Assembly (NCBI RefSeq): GCF_044358605.1
Contig: NZ_JBIKNQ010000013.1
Span: 3,032-67,031, forward strand
DNA: 64,000 nucleotides
Source: Ideonella sp.
GTDB taxonomy: Bacteria > Pseudomonadota > Gammaproteobacteria > Burkholderiales > Burkholderiaceae_C
Reading direction: 5' to 3'
In this document: one piece after another, positions 18,784 through 29,399 of the stretch
Position numbering within the stretch: position 1 is the first letter of the stretch
How the letters are laid out: the number at the start of each line of letters is the position of its first letter
Position numbers and translations under genes: made by a program
Notes under the pieces: generated by a model
Database searches by the model: none
Told to the model about the DNA's origin: nothing
Seen by the model: only the letters and a program-made list of their open reading frames with translations

Positions 18784-19779
18784 TCAAAACTTGATGTCAA
18801 AAGTCTCGTTGCGGCGGTTGCCGTTGGCGTTGGGGTTGCGGTTATCTACCGCAGCGCCCACCGGACGCAGAGAAGAGATCTTGTCATTGAACTGCGACGG
18901 CACAGCATGACGTCCGACACCCAACACAAAGCACTGCCCTGTGAAGTTGGCGTCCATGCAGAACTCCCAGCGTCCCGAGCGCACCTCGATAGACGACGCT
19001 TCGTCATTGAAGCCTTGCTGCGACAGGTCTACCGTCACACCGTTGAACGGTGCCGAGCGCCCCCTGAAATCGATGTGCTGATACAGCGTCACGGCAGCAT
19101 TGCCGGTGACCTGCCCATAGCCATTATTGCCAGCGACTTGGCGGATGGACGAGATTGCGTCGTTCATCACTTTGTCCACGTTATGGCGCCCCGCGCCTAA
19201 GGTGATGCACCGCCCTGCAAAGTCAGCGTCAGAACAGAACTGCCATGTGCCTTGACGAATCTCGATGGACGAAATCTCGTCATTGAAGCCATTGCGGGAG
19301 AGATCGGTCATGGGGCCATTGACGGCCAGTGAACGTCCGCCTTGGTCAATGTGCTCAAAGACCGACACCATTCCCGCAACATTGCCGTTGCTCCAGCCTC
19401 CGTTGTTAGACCAACCGCCGCCGGCCCCATCGGCTGAACGAATGGACGAGATCGCATCATTGAAATAGGTTTCAATGCTGTGCCGCCCAGGGCCTAGGGT
19501 GATGCATTTACCCTTGAAATCGGCATGTTCGCAGAACACCCACTGACCGCGGCGAATCTCAATGGACGAGATCTCATCGTTAAAGCCGACGGACTCCAGG
19601 TTCCCGATATTGGCCACCACATTGAGCGAGCGACCCGCGCCTCCCGCATGTTCGTAGACCACCACCGCCGCATTGCGGTCGTCGTTCCAACCCACCGCCA
19701 AGGCTGGGGCTGCTGCTGCTGCGACGGTCAGGCCCAAAAGGGCGCTGCGTGCCCAGAGGGCGGTCAAAGAAGTGTTCAT
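18784..19779 (-). CDS. secreted protein with three tandem beta-gamma-crystallin domains
   Basis: Signal peptide ending ...APALA. Three units of about 90 aa each carry YEH/FEH/YQH...GRS...GFNDE(I/A)SSIE(I/V)R.G.W.FC.DA.F.G.C..LG.GRH....NDxISS(I/L)R. GGAGG SD before ATG 19779. Confidence 0.85.
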   Translation of the reverse strand: MNTSLTALWARSALLGLTVAAAAAPALAVGWNDDRNAAVVVYEHAGGAGRSLNVVANIGNLESVGFNDEISSIEIRRGQWVFCEHADFKGKCITLGPGRHSIETYFNDAISSIRSADGAGGGWSNNGGWSNGNVAGMVSVFEHIDQGGRSLAVNGPMTDLSRNGFNDEISSIEIRQGTWQFCSDADFAGRCITLGAGRHNVDKVMNDAISSIRQVAGNNGYGQVTGNAAVTLYQHIDFRGRSAPFNGVTVDLSQQGFNDEASSIEVRSGRWEFCMDANFTGQCFVLGVGRHAVPSQFNDKISSLRPVGAAVDNRNPNANGNRRNETFDIKF

Positions 19780-19993
19780 GGGTTTCCTCCAGAAAGGCCG
19801 CTACCCTTTTTGATGCTGTGGCAGCGTGCGCTGTTCAACGCCCGACCCAGGCGATCGGACGACACAGCTTCAGGCCGACACTTTAGCCGCTGCCTTGCCG
19901 CCCGGCTCAACGTCAGTTCAAGGCACGGCCATCACCCTCAGCAGGGCATTCAGTCTGCAGCGGATCGTCCACATCCATTGCACCAAACGTTGA

Positions 19994-20899
19994 CTATTCC
20001 CGCAATTGCACTCGCAGTCGCTCACCCAACTCCGGCCGCTCTTTGAACGGGTCGGTCGGGTTGCGGGGGCCCATGATGTCTTCCAGGCGGGTTTGCACAC
20101 CACCCAAGGCCTGGGGATGGCTGTAGATGTAGAAGCGGCGCTCAGCCACCGCATCAAACACAAAGCCAATGACCTCTTGGGCCGAGACCTTGCCGCTGGT
20201 CACCGCCTTGTCACTCATGGCTTGGGCAATGAGTTGGCTCTTGGTGGGGCGCTGGCCTGACTCGCGCATCTCCGCGGGCCGGTTGCGATGGCTTTGGTGG
20301 ATGCCCGTGGGCACAAAGTAGGGGCACAGCACACTGGCCGTGACCTGATCCGTCACCAAGGCGAGGTCTTGGTACAGGGTTTCGCTCAGCGACACCACGG
20401 CATGCTTGGTGACGTTATAGACACCCATGTTCGGCGCATTCAAGAGCCCCGCCATGGACGCTGTGTTGATGATGTGGCCTTGATAAGCCGGGTCTTGCGC
20501 GGCGGCCTCCAACATCATGGGCGTGAAGACGCGCACCCCGTGGGCCACGCCCATCAGGTTGACACCCACCACCCAGTCCCAGTCTTTGGCGGTGTGCTCC
20601 CAGATCAAGCCCCCTGCGCCCACGCCGGCATTGTTAAAGACCAGATGAGGAGCTCCCCAGGCCGCAAACACCTCGCGGCCCATGGCCTCGACCTGCTCGC
20701 CTTTGGAGACATCCAGGCGGTAGGGCATAACCTCCACACCCAGCGCGCGCATCTCGGCCACTGCAGCCTCCAGCGCGTCGGCTTGCACATCGGCCATCAC
20801 CAACTTCATACCTAAGCTCGCCGCCTTGCGTGCGAACTCCAGGCCGAAACCGGAGCCTGCACCGGTGATGACGGCACAACGGCCAGTGAATGTCTTCAT
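19994..20899 (-). CDS. SDR-family oxidoreductase
   Basis: VITGAGSGFG, NNAGV, YNVTKHAV. Start trimmed to ATG 20899, which overlaps the GNAT stop (ATGA). Confidence 0.85.
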   Translation of the reverse strand: MKTFTGRCAVITGAGSGFGLEFARKAASLGMKLVMADVQADALEAAVAEMRALGVEVMPYRLDVSKGEQVEAMGREVFAAWGAPHLVFNNAGVGAGGLIWEHTAKDWDWVVGVNLMGVAHGVRVFTPMMLEAAAQDPAYQGHIINTASMAGLLNAPNMGVYNVTKHAVVSLSETLYQDLALVTDQVTASVLCPYFVPTGIHQSHRNRPAEMRESGQRPTKSQLIAQAMSDKAVTSGKVSAQEVIGFVFDAVAERRFYIYSHPQALGGVQTRLEDIMGPRNPTDPFKERPELGERLRVQLRE

Positions 20900-21396
20900 G
20901 GGGAGTCTCCTTGAAGCGCGAGCGTGGGTGACGCCGCAGGTCTCAACATCTTGATGTGCGGGATGTTGTCTTCGCTGTAAATCTCTGAACAAGGCTCGAA
21001 GCCAAAGCCGCGATAGAAAGCCTGCAAATGGGCCTGCGCACTGATGCGGTTGGCTTGCTCTGGGTAGAGCGCATCACACAAAGCCACGCCACGCCGCACC
21101 AGTTCGCGGCCTAGGCCTGTGCCTCGTGTTGCCAGGGCACACACCACGCGGCCCATGGACGGCTCCTCGTATTTGTGGCCGGCATCCACGATGCGCAAAT
21201 AGGCCAGCATCCGGCCGTCTGGCGCATAGCCCATCAAGTGGACGCTGTGTTGGTCCAGCCCGTCCAGGTCTTGATAGGGCCCTTGCTCCAAGATGAAGAC
21301 CTGGGCCCGCAGTTGCAGCAGTGCATACAACTGCTGCAGGCTCAACTGCTCAAAGCGGGCGTGCTGCCATTCAAGTTCAGCGGGCTGCAGCATCAA
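20896..21396 (-). CDS. GNAT-family N-acetyltransferase (ElaA-like)
   Basis: 166 aa; LYALLQLRAQVFILEQGPYQDLDG pattern and a GNAT core with RGTGLGREL. Confidence 0.8.
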   Translation of the reverse strand: MMLQPAELEWQHARFEQLSLQQLYALLQLRAQVFILEQGPYQDLDGLDQHSVHLMGYAPDGRMLAYLRIVDAGHKYEEPSMGRVVCALATRGTGLGRELVRRGVALCDALYPEQANRISAQAHLQAFYRGFGFEPCSEIYSEDNIPHIKMLRPAASPTLALQGDSP

Positions 21397-22418
21397 ATCA
21401 GCTTGACCAACTGCTTGCCAAAGTTCTTGCCCTTGAGCAGGCCCAAAAAGGCCTCGGGCGCTGCGGCAATGCCATCCGCCACCGTCTCGCGGTACTTGAG
21501 CTTGCCAGTGGCCACCAGCGTGCCCAACTCCTTCAAAGCCTGGGGCCAGAGTTCCATGTGCTCGCTGACGATGAAACCCTCGACTCGCATGCGGTTCACC
21601 AGAATCAGCTGGGGCGCGCTCATGGGAATGGGCTCACCGTTGTAGCCAGAGATCATGCCGCACATGGCCACGCGGGCGAAGGCATTGGCACGCAGCATCA
21701 CGGCGTCCAAAATCATGCCTCCCACGTTCTCGAAGTAGCCATCAATGCCATCTGGGCAGGCTTCTTTGAGCGCCTTGGACAGCGACTTCACATCCGGGTG
21801 CTGCTTGTAGTCGATGCAGGCGTCAAAGCCCAACTCATTGACCACATAAGCCCATTTGTCAGGTCCACCGGCCAGGCCCACGGCGCGGCAGCCGCGCGCT
21901 TTGGCCAATTGGCCCACCGCACCGCCCACCGCACCGCTGGCCGCACTCACCACCACGGTCTCACCCGCCTTAGGGTTGATGATTTGCGTCAGGCCATACC
22001 AGCCCGTCACGCCGGGCATGCCCACAGCGCCCAAGTAGGCGGCGAGTGGGATGTGGGTGGTGTCCACCTTTTGCAGCACGCCGCGCTGGTTGGCGTTGAC
22101 GCACAGATACTCTTGCCAGCCGCCCATGCCCACCACGGCGTCGCCGGGCTTGAAGTGCTCGTTGCGCGACTCCACCACCTCACCCACGGTGCCGCCAATC
22201 ATCACCTCGCCCAGGGGCTGAGGCTGGGCATAGCTCTTGCCCTCGTTCATGCGGCCGCGCATGTAAGGGTCCAGGCTCAGGTAGTGGTTACGCACCAGCA
22301 CCTCGCCGTCGGCCAAAGGGGCCAGCGCGGCCTCCACCAGCTTGAAGTTATCGACGGTGGGCTCACCCGTGGGGCGAGAGGCCAAGACAATTTGACGGTT
22401 CACTGTGCTCATACTCAT
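21393..22418 (-). CDS. NADP-dependent oxidoreductase, MDR superfamily (YncB/CurA/PTGR-like)
   Basis: MSMSTVNRQIVLASRPTGEPTVDNFKL... and Rossmann AASGAVGGAVGQLAK. Start trimmed to ATG 22418 (ATGA overlap with the upstream stop). Confidence 0.85.
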   Translation of the reverse strand: MSMSTVNRQIVLASRPTGEPTVDNFKLVEAALAPLADGEVLVRNHYLSLDPYMRGRMNEGKSYAQPQPLGEVMIGGTVGEVVESRNEHFKPGDAVVGMGGWQEYLCVNANQRGVLQKVDTTHIPLAAYLGAVGMPGVTGWYGLTQIINPKAGETVVVSAASGAVGGAVGQLAKARGCRAVGLAGGPDKWAYVVNELGFDACIDYKQHPDVKSLSKALKEACPDGIDGYFENVGGMILDAVMLRANAFARVAMCGMISGYNGEPIPMSAPQLILVNRMRVEGFIVSEHMELWPQALKELGTLVATGKLKYRETVADGIAAAPEAFLGLLKGKNFGKQLVKLI

Positions 22419-22852
22419 TCCGATCGTTGCAGAGGTTTCAGGCTGCGGCCTTTGCCAGGCAAGGCGCGCAGGTATTTGAAGGTGCCGGTGGCGTGGGCGC
22501 AAAGTTCGCCCTCGCTGTTCAGCACCCGGGCTTCACAAAAGGCCATGGTGGCCGTGCGGTGCAGCAGCTGGCCCAGGGCGCGCAACTCGCCCTCGCCGGG
22601 CCGCATAAAACTGGTCTTCATCTCCACGGTGGCCACGCCGGGGCCGTCCAGGTGGTCGCTGCGCGCGGCCATGGCCATGGCCACATCCAACATGGTCATC
22701 ATCACGCCGCCGTGAGCCACCTCCCACGAGTTGAGGTGGCTCTCCTGCAAGTCGACCCGCAGCTCCGATTGGCCGTGGGCACAGCCGTGCAGCTCCAGCC
22801 CCAATCTCTCGACAAAGGGCACGTGGACGGGGAATTTGAGTTTGGTACTCAA
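22415..22852 (-). CDS. PaaI-family hotdog thioesterase
   Basis: NSWEVAHGGVMMTMLD motif. Start uncertain: TTG 22852 was chosen so that it lies after the upstream stop at 22860. Confidence 0.75.
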   Translation of the reverse strand: MSTKLKFPVHVPFVERLGLELHGCAHGQSELRVDLQESHLNSWEVAHGGVMMTMLDVAMAMAARSDHLDGPGVATVEMKTSFMRPGEGELRALGQLLHRTATMAFCEARVLNSEGELCAHATGTFKYLRALPGKGRSLKPLQRSE

Positions 22853-22859
22853 AGCGCAC

Positions 22860-23669
22860 TCACCCCGCAATGATGGCCGAGACGCCACCATCGATGGCCA
22901 AGATTTGGCCGGTGATGTGCTTGCCTGCATCCGACGCGAACAGCAGGGTCGCGCCCTTCAGGTCTTCATCGTCACCCAGGCGGCGCAGGGGCGAGCGTGC
23001 CGCCAGGGCTTCTGCCCCCAAGCGCTCCAAGGTGCCGCGCGTCATCTTGCTGGGAAAAAAGCCCGGCGCCAGGGCATTGACGGTGATGCCATGTTGGCCC
23101 CATTCACCGGCCAAGGCCCGGGTGAAGTTGACCACCGCGCCCTTGCTGGTGTTGTAGGCCAGGGTGGTCATCTCCGCCGGGTTACCAGCCAAACCAGCAA
23201 TGGAGGCCACGTTGATGATGCGGCCCTTTTTCTGCGGAATCATCCAAGCCTTGGCCACCGCTTGGCTGATGACGAAGAGGCTGCGGATGTTCAGGTTCAT
23301 CACCTTGTCCCAGGCCTCCAGAGGGTGCTGCTCTGCCGGTGCACCCCAGGTGGCCCCGGCGTTGTTGACCAGCACGTCGATGCGGCCCAAGCGCTCCATG
23401 GTCTCGGCCACCAATCGCTGGGCATCTTCGGGGCGGCTGGCATCGGCCGCGATCCAGCGGGCGTCAATGCCGGCGGCTTGCAGCTCTGCTGCGGCTTGCT
23501 CCAGGTCTTCCGCCTTGCGGGAGCTGAGCATGACCTTGGCCCCAGCCTCGCCCAGCGCATGGGCCATTTGCAGGCCCAGGCCGCGCGAGCCTCCAGTCAC
23601 CAAGGCCGTGCGGCCACTCAAGTCCATCAGCTTGAACACAGACGTCGTCATGGGGCATCGTTCCTTCAA
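22860..23669 (-). CDS. SDR-family oxidoreductase (FabG / gluconate-5-dehydrogenase-like)
   Basis: VTGGSRGLG, NNAG, YNTSKGAV. Confidence 0.85.
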   Translation of the reverse strand: MKERCPMTTSVFKLMDLSGRTALVTGGSRGLGLQMAHALGEAGAKVMLSSRKAEDLEQAAAELQAAGIDARWIAADASRPEDAQRLVAETMERLGRIDVLVNNAGATWGAPAEQHPLEAWDKVMNLNIRSLFVISQAVAKAWMIPQKKGRIINVASIAGLAGNPAEMTTLAYNTSKGAVVNFTRALAGEWGQHGITVNALAPGFFPSKMTRGTLERLGAEALAARSPLRRLGDDEDLKGATLLFASDAGKHITGQILAIDGGVSAIIAG

Positions 23670-25474
23670 AACCAGTCGGGCTGCATGTCGCGGCAGACAC
23701 TCTCGCGCGCGGCCACCACCTCCAGCCAGGGGTAGACCTTGGGCAGCTCATACACATGGAAATAGCGGGCAGCGGCACGCACGCCGGCCTGCCGGTCTTC
23801 GGGGGCCGAGCTGGCCGCCAGCGCTAGATCCAGCCACACCCAAGCCAGCACCACATGCCCTGCCGCTTGCAAATAAAGTGTGGCGTTGGCCAGTGCGTCC
23901 TCGGGCTGGCCCGTGGCCCAGGCGGCCTTGGTGGCGGCGCCCAAGCGCTGCACGGCTTGGGCCAGTCCATTCGCGTACACAGCCAAGTCGGGGTGTTGCA
24001 AGGCCGCTTCAAGGGTCTGGTTGATGCGGGTGGCCAGCAGCTTCAGCCCTGCGCCGCCTTGCATCACCACCTTGCGGCCCAGCAGGTCCAGGGCCTGAAT
24101 GCCGTGCGTGCCTTCGTGGATCATGTTGAGGCGGTTGTCGCGCCAATACTGCTCCACCGGGAAATCACGCGTGTAGCCATAGCCGCCATGCACTTGAATG
24201 GCCAAGCTGTTGGCCTCCAAGCACCACTCGCTGGGCCAGCTCTTGGCAATGGGCGTCAGCACCTCCAACAACAGAGCAGCTTCGGCGGCCGCTTCTGGGG
24301 TGCCGGTGTGCTGCTCGTCCACCAAACGCGCGCAGTACAACATCAGCGCCAACGCACCTTCGCTGTAGGCCTTTTGTGCCAGCAGCATGCGTTTCACGTC
24401 CGCATGCTCGATCAGCGCCACCGGCGGGCTGGCCGGATCTTTCTGGCTGAGCAGCCGACCCTGCTTGCGGTCTTTGGCATAGGCAAGAGAAGCCTCATAG
24501 CCCGCCATGCCCAACATCGTGGCCGCCATGCCAATGGCAATGCGCGCCTCGTTCATCATGTGGAACATGCAAGCCAGGCCTTGGCCCGGTTGGCCCACCA
24601 GATAGGCCACGGCACCGGCTGCGCCGCCGGGCTGCCAGCGGCCTTCACCAAAGTTCAGCAAGGTGTTGGTGGTGCCACGCCAGCCGCATTTATGGTTGAG
24701 CCCTGCCAGCGCCACATCATTGCGCTCGCCCGTCATCTGGCCCTGGGCGTTGACCATGTGCTTAGGGCAGATGAACAGCGAAATGCCGCGCGTGCCTGCC
24801 ACCAGCTTGCCATCCGGCCCCGGGATCTTGGCCAACACCAGGTGCACGATGTTCTCGGTCAGCTCATGCTCACCGGCCGAGATCCACATCTTGTTGCCAA
24901 ACAGGCGATAACGCGGGCCTAAGGGGTCGTCCGCATGGCCTTCGCCATCGGGCACCGCACGCGTGGCCACATCGGCCAAGCCTGAACCCGCCTGCGGCTC
25001 TGAGAGGCACATGGTGCCTGCCCACTCGCCTTTGAACTCGCGGTGTGCAAACACCTGCTGCTGCAGCGGCGTGCCATGCGCCATCAAGAGGTTGGCATTG
25101 CCCACCGTCAGCAAGCCCGCGTTGATGCTGACCGAGGCCTTGGCGAAAAAGGCATTGGCGGCTGCCTCTACGGTGTAGGGCAGCTGCATGCCGCCCAGCG
25201 CAAAGTCTTGCGCCGCCGCCAACATGCCCGAGCCCGCATAGGCCGCCCAGGCCTCGTGAGTGGCCTGGGGTAAGGTGACGCGCTCGCCATCAAAGTGCGG
25301 CTCTTGGGTGTCCACCAAGCGGTTGAAAGGCGCGTATTTGTCTCGCGCAATGCGCTCGCAGGTGTCCAGCACTTGGCTGAAGGTTTCGCGCCCGTGGTCC
25401 TCAAAGCGCGAGCGCTCACAGAGGCGTTCAACCTTCAGCCAGTCGTAGAGCAAAAAGTCCAGCCAGGTGCGCAT
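23666..25474 (-). CDS. large acyl-CoA dehydrogenase (about 600 aa class)
   Basis: MCLSEPQAGSGLADV, a C-terminal helical extension, and placement in a beta-oxidation operon. Confidence 0.85.
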   Translation of the reverse strand: MRTWLDFLLYDWLKVERLCERSRFEDHGRETFSQVLDTCERIARDKYAPFNRLVDTQEPHFDGERVTLPQATHEAWAAYAGSGMLAAAQDFALGGMQLPYTVEAAANAFFAKASVSINAGLLTVGNANLLMAHGTPLQQQVFAHREFKGEWAGTMCLSEPQAGSGLADVATRAVPDGEGHADDPLGPRYRLFGNKMWISAGEHELTENIVHLVLAKIPGPDGKLVAGTRGISLFICPKHMVNAQGQMTGERNDVALAGLNHKCGWRGTTNTLLNFGEGRWQPGGAAGAVAYLVGQPGQGLACMFHMMNEARIAIGMAATMLGMAGYEASLAYAKDRKQGRLLSQKDPASPPVALIEHADVKRMLLAQKAYSEGALALMLYCARLVDEQHTGTPEAAAEAALLLEVLTPIAKSWPSEWCLEANSLAIQVHGGYGYTRDFPVEQYWRDNRLNMIHEGTHGIQALDLLGRKVVMQGGAGLKLLATRINQTLEAALQHPDLAVYANGLAQAVQRLGAATKAAWATGQPEDALANATLYLQAAGHVVLAWVWLDLALAASSAPEDRQAGVRAAARYFHVYELPKVYPWLEVVAARESVCRDMQPDWF

Positions 25475-25480
25475 GGTCGG

Positions 25481-25924
25481 TCAGGCCTGTGGGATGGTGG
25501 TGTAGCGGGTGGCGGGCGTCACCGCCATGGTGGCCGAGGCCTTCATCACCAAGGTACGCACGCCTTGGGCGTCTTCGGCAAAGACCTCGCCCTCGGTGAA
25601 GCTGAGCATGCGGCCCGGCTTGAGCACCCAGGCTTCACAGACCAAGCGCACGCCCTTGGCGGGGCGCAGCACGCTGGTCTTCAGCTCTGCCGTGACCACC
25701 CAGTGCTCATCGGGCGCCAAGGTTTGGGCGGCCGAGCCCATGCTGTGGTCCACCAAGGTGGCCATCACCCCGGCATGAGCTTGGCCGGTGTGCTGCAAAA
25801 AGCGGGGCTGGAGTGTCAAGGCGGTGCTCACCCGCCCTGGGCTCAGGGCCAGAGCCTCCACGCCCAAGTCCCGCATGAACGGGGCTTGGGCCAGGAAGTA
25901 CTGAAAGCGCTCCAGCGTTTTCAT
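25481..25924 (-). CDS. PaaI-family hotdog thioesterase
   Basis: GQAHAGVMATLVDH motif; 147 aa. Confidence 0.75.
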   Translation of the reverse strand: MKTLERFQYFLAQAPFMRDLGVEALALSPGRVSTALTLQPRFLQHTGQAHAGVMATLVDHSMGSAAQTLAPDEHWVVTAELKTSVLRPAKGVRLVCEAWVLKPGRMLSFTEGEVFAEDAQGVRTLVMKASATMAVTPATRYTTIPQA

Positions 25925-25933
25925 GGGCCTGCT

Positions 25934-27109
25934 TTATAGGACCTCAAACACACCCGCTGCGCCCATGCCCCCGCCGATGCACATGGTCACGCAGACGCGC
26001 TTGGCGCCGCGACGTTTTCCCTCTATCAGGGCATGGCCGACCAGGCGCTGGCCAGAGACCCCATAAGGGTGACCCACGGCGATAGCACCACCGTTGACGT
26101 TGAGCCTATCCATAGGAATGCCCAGTTTGTCGGCGCAGTACAGCACCTGCACGGCGAAGGCTTCGTTGAGCTCCCACAGGTCGATGTCGGCCACCGTCAT
26201 GCCCAGGCGCTTGAGCACCTTGGGCACCGCAAAGACCGGGCCAATGCCCATCTCATCGGGCTCGCAGCCGGCCACCGCAAAGCCCAGGAAGCGTCCCAGG
26301 GGCTTGAGCCCATGTTGGCTGGCAAAGGCCTCGCTGACCACCACGCAGGCGCCGGCGCCGTCGCTGAACTGGCTGGCATTGCCGGCCGAGACCACGCCAC
26401 CCGGCAGCGCCGTGCGAATGCCGCGCACCGCCTCCAGCGTGGTGCCGGCGCGCAGGCCTTCATCCACGCTGACGGTGACTTGCTGGCTGCGCAGGCCCAG
26501 CACCTTGTCGGCCACACCGGCCGTCACCGTGATGGGGGCGATTTCATCGTTGAACTTGCCCGCTTCCTGCGCGGCACAAGCCAGTTGCTGGCTGCGCGCA
26601 CCGTACTCGTCCATGCGCTCTTTGGCCATGCCGTAGCGCTTGGCCACGTTCTCGGCCGTTTGCAGCATGTTCCAGTAGATCTCGGGCTTCAGCTTGATCA
26701 GCGCCGGGTCGGCCAGCATGTGTTGGTTCATCTCTTGCTGCACGCAAGAGATGCTCTCCACGCCACCGGCCACATAGGCGTCGCCCTCGCCCGAGATGAT
26801 GCGCTGCGAGGCCATGGCAATGGTCTGCAGGCCGCTGGAGCAAAAACGGTTGACGGTGACGCCGCTCACCGTCACGGGCAGGCCGGCGGCCAGGGCGATT
26901 TGGCGGGCGATGTTGGCGCCGGTCGCGCCCTCGGGGTTGGCGCAGCCCATCAACACATCTTCAATGGCGTCGGGCGCAATACCGGCGCGCTCAACGGCGG
27001 CCTTCACGGCGTGGCCACCCAAGGTGGCCCCATGGGTCATGTTGAAGGCACCCTTCCAGCTCTTGGCCAGGGGGGTGCGGGCGGTCGAAACAATCAGTGC
27101 TTGTGTCAT
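25934..27109 (-). CDS. acetyl-CoA C-acyltransferase (3-ketoacyl-CoA thiolase)
   Basis: NRFCSSGLQ (nucleophilic Cys), [15 protein letters not shown]. Confidence 0.93.
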   Translation of the reverse strand: MTQALIVSTARTPLAKSWKGAFNMTHGATLGGHAVKAAVERAGIAPDAIEDVLMGCANPEGATGANIARQIALAAGLPVTVSGVTVNRFCSSGLQTIAMASQRIISGEGDAYVAGGVESISCVQQEMNQHMLADPALIKLKPEIYWNMLQTAENVAKRYGMAKERMDEYGARSQQLACAAQEAGKFNDEIAPITVTAGVADKVLGLRSQQVTVSVDEGLRAGTTLEAVRGIRTALPGGVVSAGNASQFSDGAGACVVVSEAFASQHGLKPLGRFLGFAVAGCEPDEMGIGPVFAVPKVLKRLGMTVADIDLWELNEAFAVQVLYCADKLGIPMDRLNVNGGAIAVGHPYGVSGQRLVGHALIEGKRRGAKRVCVTMCIGGGMGAAGVFEVL

Positions 27110-27122
27110 GAAAGTGCGCTCC

Positions 27123-29216
27123 TCAAACGATGTTCTTGCCTTCGGCCAGCAGCTTCAGCAGCAGCGGCGCGGGTTGCCAGAACTCGCCATCGTCCAGGGG
27201 GTTGGCGGCATAGTGCTTCATCATCTGCACCACGTTGAACAGGCCGTAGGTGTCGGCATAGCACATGGGGCCGCCGCGGAAGATGGGGAAGCCGTAGCCT
27301 GTGAGGTAGACCATGTCCACATCCGAGGCCCGCAGCGCGATGCCTTCTTCCAGCAAGCGTGCTGCCTCATTGACCAGCGAAAACACCAGGCGGTGCACGA
27401 TTTCGTCGTCGCTGATCTTGCGGGCAGTGATGCCCAAAGCAGCGCGATGGTCGGCAATCATCTGCTCGACCTCGGCGCTCGGAATGGCGTCGCGCTTGCC
27501 GGCTTGATAGTCGTACCAGCCCGCACCCGTCTTCTGGCCGAAGCGGCCCTTTTCACACAGCAGGTCGGCCGTCTTGCTGTAACGCAGGTTCGGCTTTTCC
27601 ACATAGCGGCGCTTGCGGATGTACCAGCCCACGTCATTGCCAGCCAAGTCGCCCATGCGGAAAGGGCCCATGGCAAAGCCGAACTTCTCGGCCGCGCGGT
27701 CTACCTGGGCCGGCGTGCAGCCCTCTTCCAGCAAGAAACCGGCTTGGCGGCTGTACTGCTCAATCATGCGGTTGCCGATGAAGCCATCGCACACGCCCGA
27801 GACCACGCAGGTTTTGCGGATCTTCTTGCCCAGTTGCATCACTGTGGCCAGCACGTCTTTGGCGGTGGCCGCACCGCGCACCACTTCCAGCAGCTTCATC
27901 ACATTGGCCGGGCTGAAGAAGTGGGTACCAATCACGTCTTGCGGGCGCTTGGTGAAGTTGGCGATCTGGTTCACATCCAGGGTGGAAGTGTTGGAGGCCA
28001 AGATCGCACCCGGCTTCATCACCGCGTCGAGCTGCTCGAACACCGCCTTCTTGACGGCCATGTCCTCAAACACCGCCTCGATCACCATGTCGGCATCGGA
28101 AAGATCGGCATAGCTCAGCGTGGTGCTGAGCAGGGCCATGCGCTGCTCGTACTTGTCTTGCTTGAGCTTGCCCTTTTTGACTTGCGACTCGTAGTTCTTG
28201 CGAATGGTGGCCACACCACGGTCCAGCGCGTCTTGCTTTTGCTCCAGCATGACCACGGGGATGCCCGCGTTCAGGAAGTTCATGGCAATGCCGCCACCCA
28301 TGGTGCCGGCCCCAATGACCGCCAGCTTGTTGACGGCGCGGGTGGGGGTGTCCTCCGGCACATCGGGGATCTTGCTGGTGGCGCGTTCGGCAAAGAAGGC
28401 ATGGCGCAAGGCCTTGCACTCGGGCGTCCACATGAGGTTGATGAAGGTCTCGCGCTCAAACGCCATGCCCGCATCAAAGGCCTTGTCCACCGCCGCCTGC
28501 ACGGCATCCACGCACTTGCGGGGCGCCGGATAGTTCTTGGCCATGGCGCCCACCGTATTGCGGGCAAACTGGAAGTAGGCTTGGCCGTTCGGGTGCTTAA
28601 CCTTCATGTCGCGCACCAGCGGCAGCGGCCGCACATCGGCCACTTCGCGGGCAAAGGCCAGGGCACCGGCCATCAGGTCGCCGTCAATCAGCTTGTCAAA
28701 CAGCTTCTGGCCGGGGATGCCCGCCAGCACTTCGCTCTTGACCGGCTCTCCGCTGACGATCATGTTCAGCGCCGTCTCCACCCCCAACACGCGCGGCAAG
28801 CGCTGCGTGCCACCCGCGCCGGGGATCAGGCCCAGCTTGACTTCGGGCAGCGCCACATTTGCGCCCGGGGAAGTCACTCGGTAGTGGCAGCCCAGCGCCA
28901 GCTCCAGGCCGCCGCCCATGCAGACGCTGTGCACGGCCGCCACGATGGGCTTGGTGCACAACTCTGCGGCGCGGATCAGCGACAACAGATTGGGCTCGGC
29001 CAGGGCCTTGGGCGAGCCGAATTCTTTGATGTCCGCACCGCCTGAGAAGGCCTTGCCCGCGCCGGTCAGCACGATGGCCTTGACACTGGCATCGGCCTGC
29101 GCACGGGCCAGGCCGTCGGCCACGGCCTTGCGGGTTTCATACCCCAGGCCATTGACCGGCGGGTTGTTCAGGGTAATGACGGCCACGCCGTCTTGAATCT
29201 CGAAGCTCGCGCTCAT
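27123..29216 (-). CDS. bifunctional enoyl-CoA hydratase / 3-hydroxyacyl-CoA dehydrogenase (FadB/FadJ type)
   Basis: N-terminal crotonase [10 protein letters not shown] and central [12 protein letters not shown] Rossmann; 697 aa. Confidence 0.92.
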   Translation of the reverse strand: MSASFEIQDGVAVITLNNPPVNGLGYETRKAVADGLARAQADASVKAIVLTGAGKAFSGGADIKEFGSPKALAEPNLLSLIRAAELCTKPIVAAVHSVCMGGGLELALGCHYRVTSPGANVALPEVKLGLIPGAGGTQRLPRVLGVETALNMIVSGEPVKSEVLAGIPGQKLFDKLIDGDLMAGALAFAREVADVRPLPLVRDMKVKHPNGQAYFQFARNTVGAMAKNYPAPRKCVDAVQAAVDKAFDAGMAFERETFINLMWTPECKALRHAFFAERATSKIPDVPEDTPTRAVNKLAVIGAGTMGGGIAMNFLNAGIPVVMLEQKQDALDRGVATIRKNYESQVKKGKLKQDKYEQRMALLSTTLSYADLSDADMVIEAVFEDMAVKKAVFEQLDAVMKPGAILASNTSTLDVNQIANFTKRPQDVIGTHFFSPANVMKLLEVVRGAATAKDVLATVMQLGKKIRKTCVVSGVCDGFIGNRMIEQYSRQAGFLLEEGCTPAQVDRAAEKFGFAMGPFRMGDLAGNDVGWYIRKRRYVEKPNLRYSKTADLLCEKGRFGQKTGAGWYDYQAGKRDAIPSAEVEQMIADHRAALGITARKISDDEIVHRLVFSLVNEAARLLEEGIALRASDVDMVYLTGYGFPIFRGGPMCYADTYGLFNVVQMMKHYAANPLDDGEFWQPAPLLLKLLAEGKNIV

Positions 29217-29244
29217 GAGGAGTCCCTTGATGAGGTGTCGATTT

Positions 29245-29270
29245 AAAAATAGAACGATCGTGCGATTCTA
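29245..29270. promoter_or_regulatory. candidate fatty-acid-degradation operator/promoter upstream of the fadB-type operon
   Basis: AAAAATAGAACGATCGTGCGATTCTA. In gene orientation it shares ACGAyCGTTCTATTTTTA with the site at 46159-46184. It lies 28 nt from the ATG. Confidence 0.5.
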
Positions 29271-29399
29271 GGATCGCCTCGCTTGGACTTCTGTCTCTGG
29301 CGAGACAGTTCAGCCCTAGGGTTAACGCTTAACCAACAGCCCTTTTCCAATTCCAAATCACTCATGGCGAAGCGCAGCATGGATGACCTAGAAATCGAA

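Noticed and set aside
26796-29045. Very long ORFs antisense to recognised genes. Examples: 26796-29045 (+), 1091-2362, 9039-10172, 13060-14349, 15571-17316, 17437-18696, 21321-22715, 23855-24922, 37660-38547, 40713-41732, 43081-44490, 44394-45626, 48752-49798, 52981-54657, 61302-62162.
   Set aside because: These are typical shadow ORFs of high-GC DNA. Each is fully overlapped by a gene with clear family motifs on the other strand. Their translations are Arg/Ala/Gly/His-rich with no recognisable domains, and they have no SD or sensible operon context.
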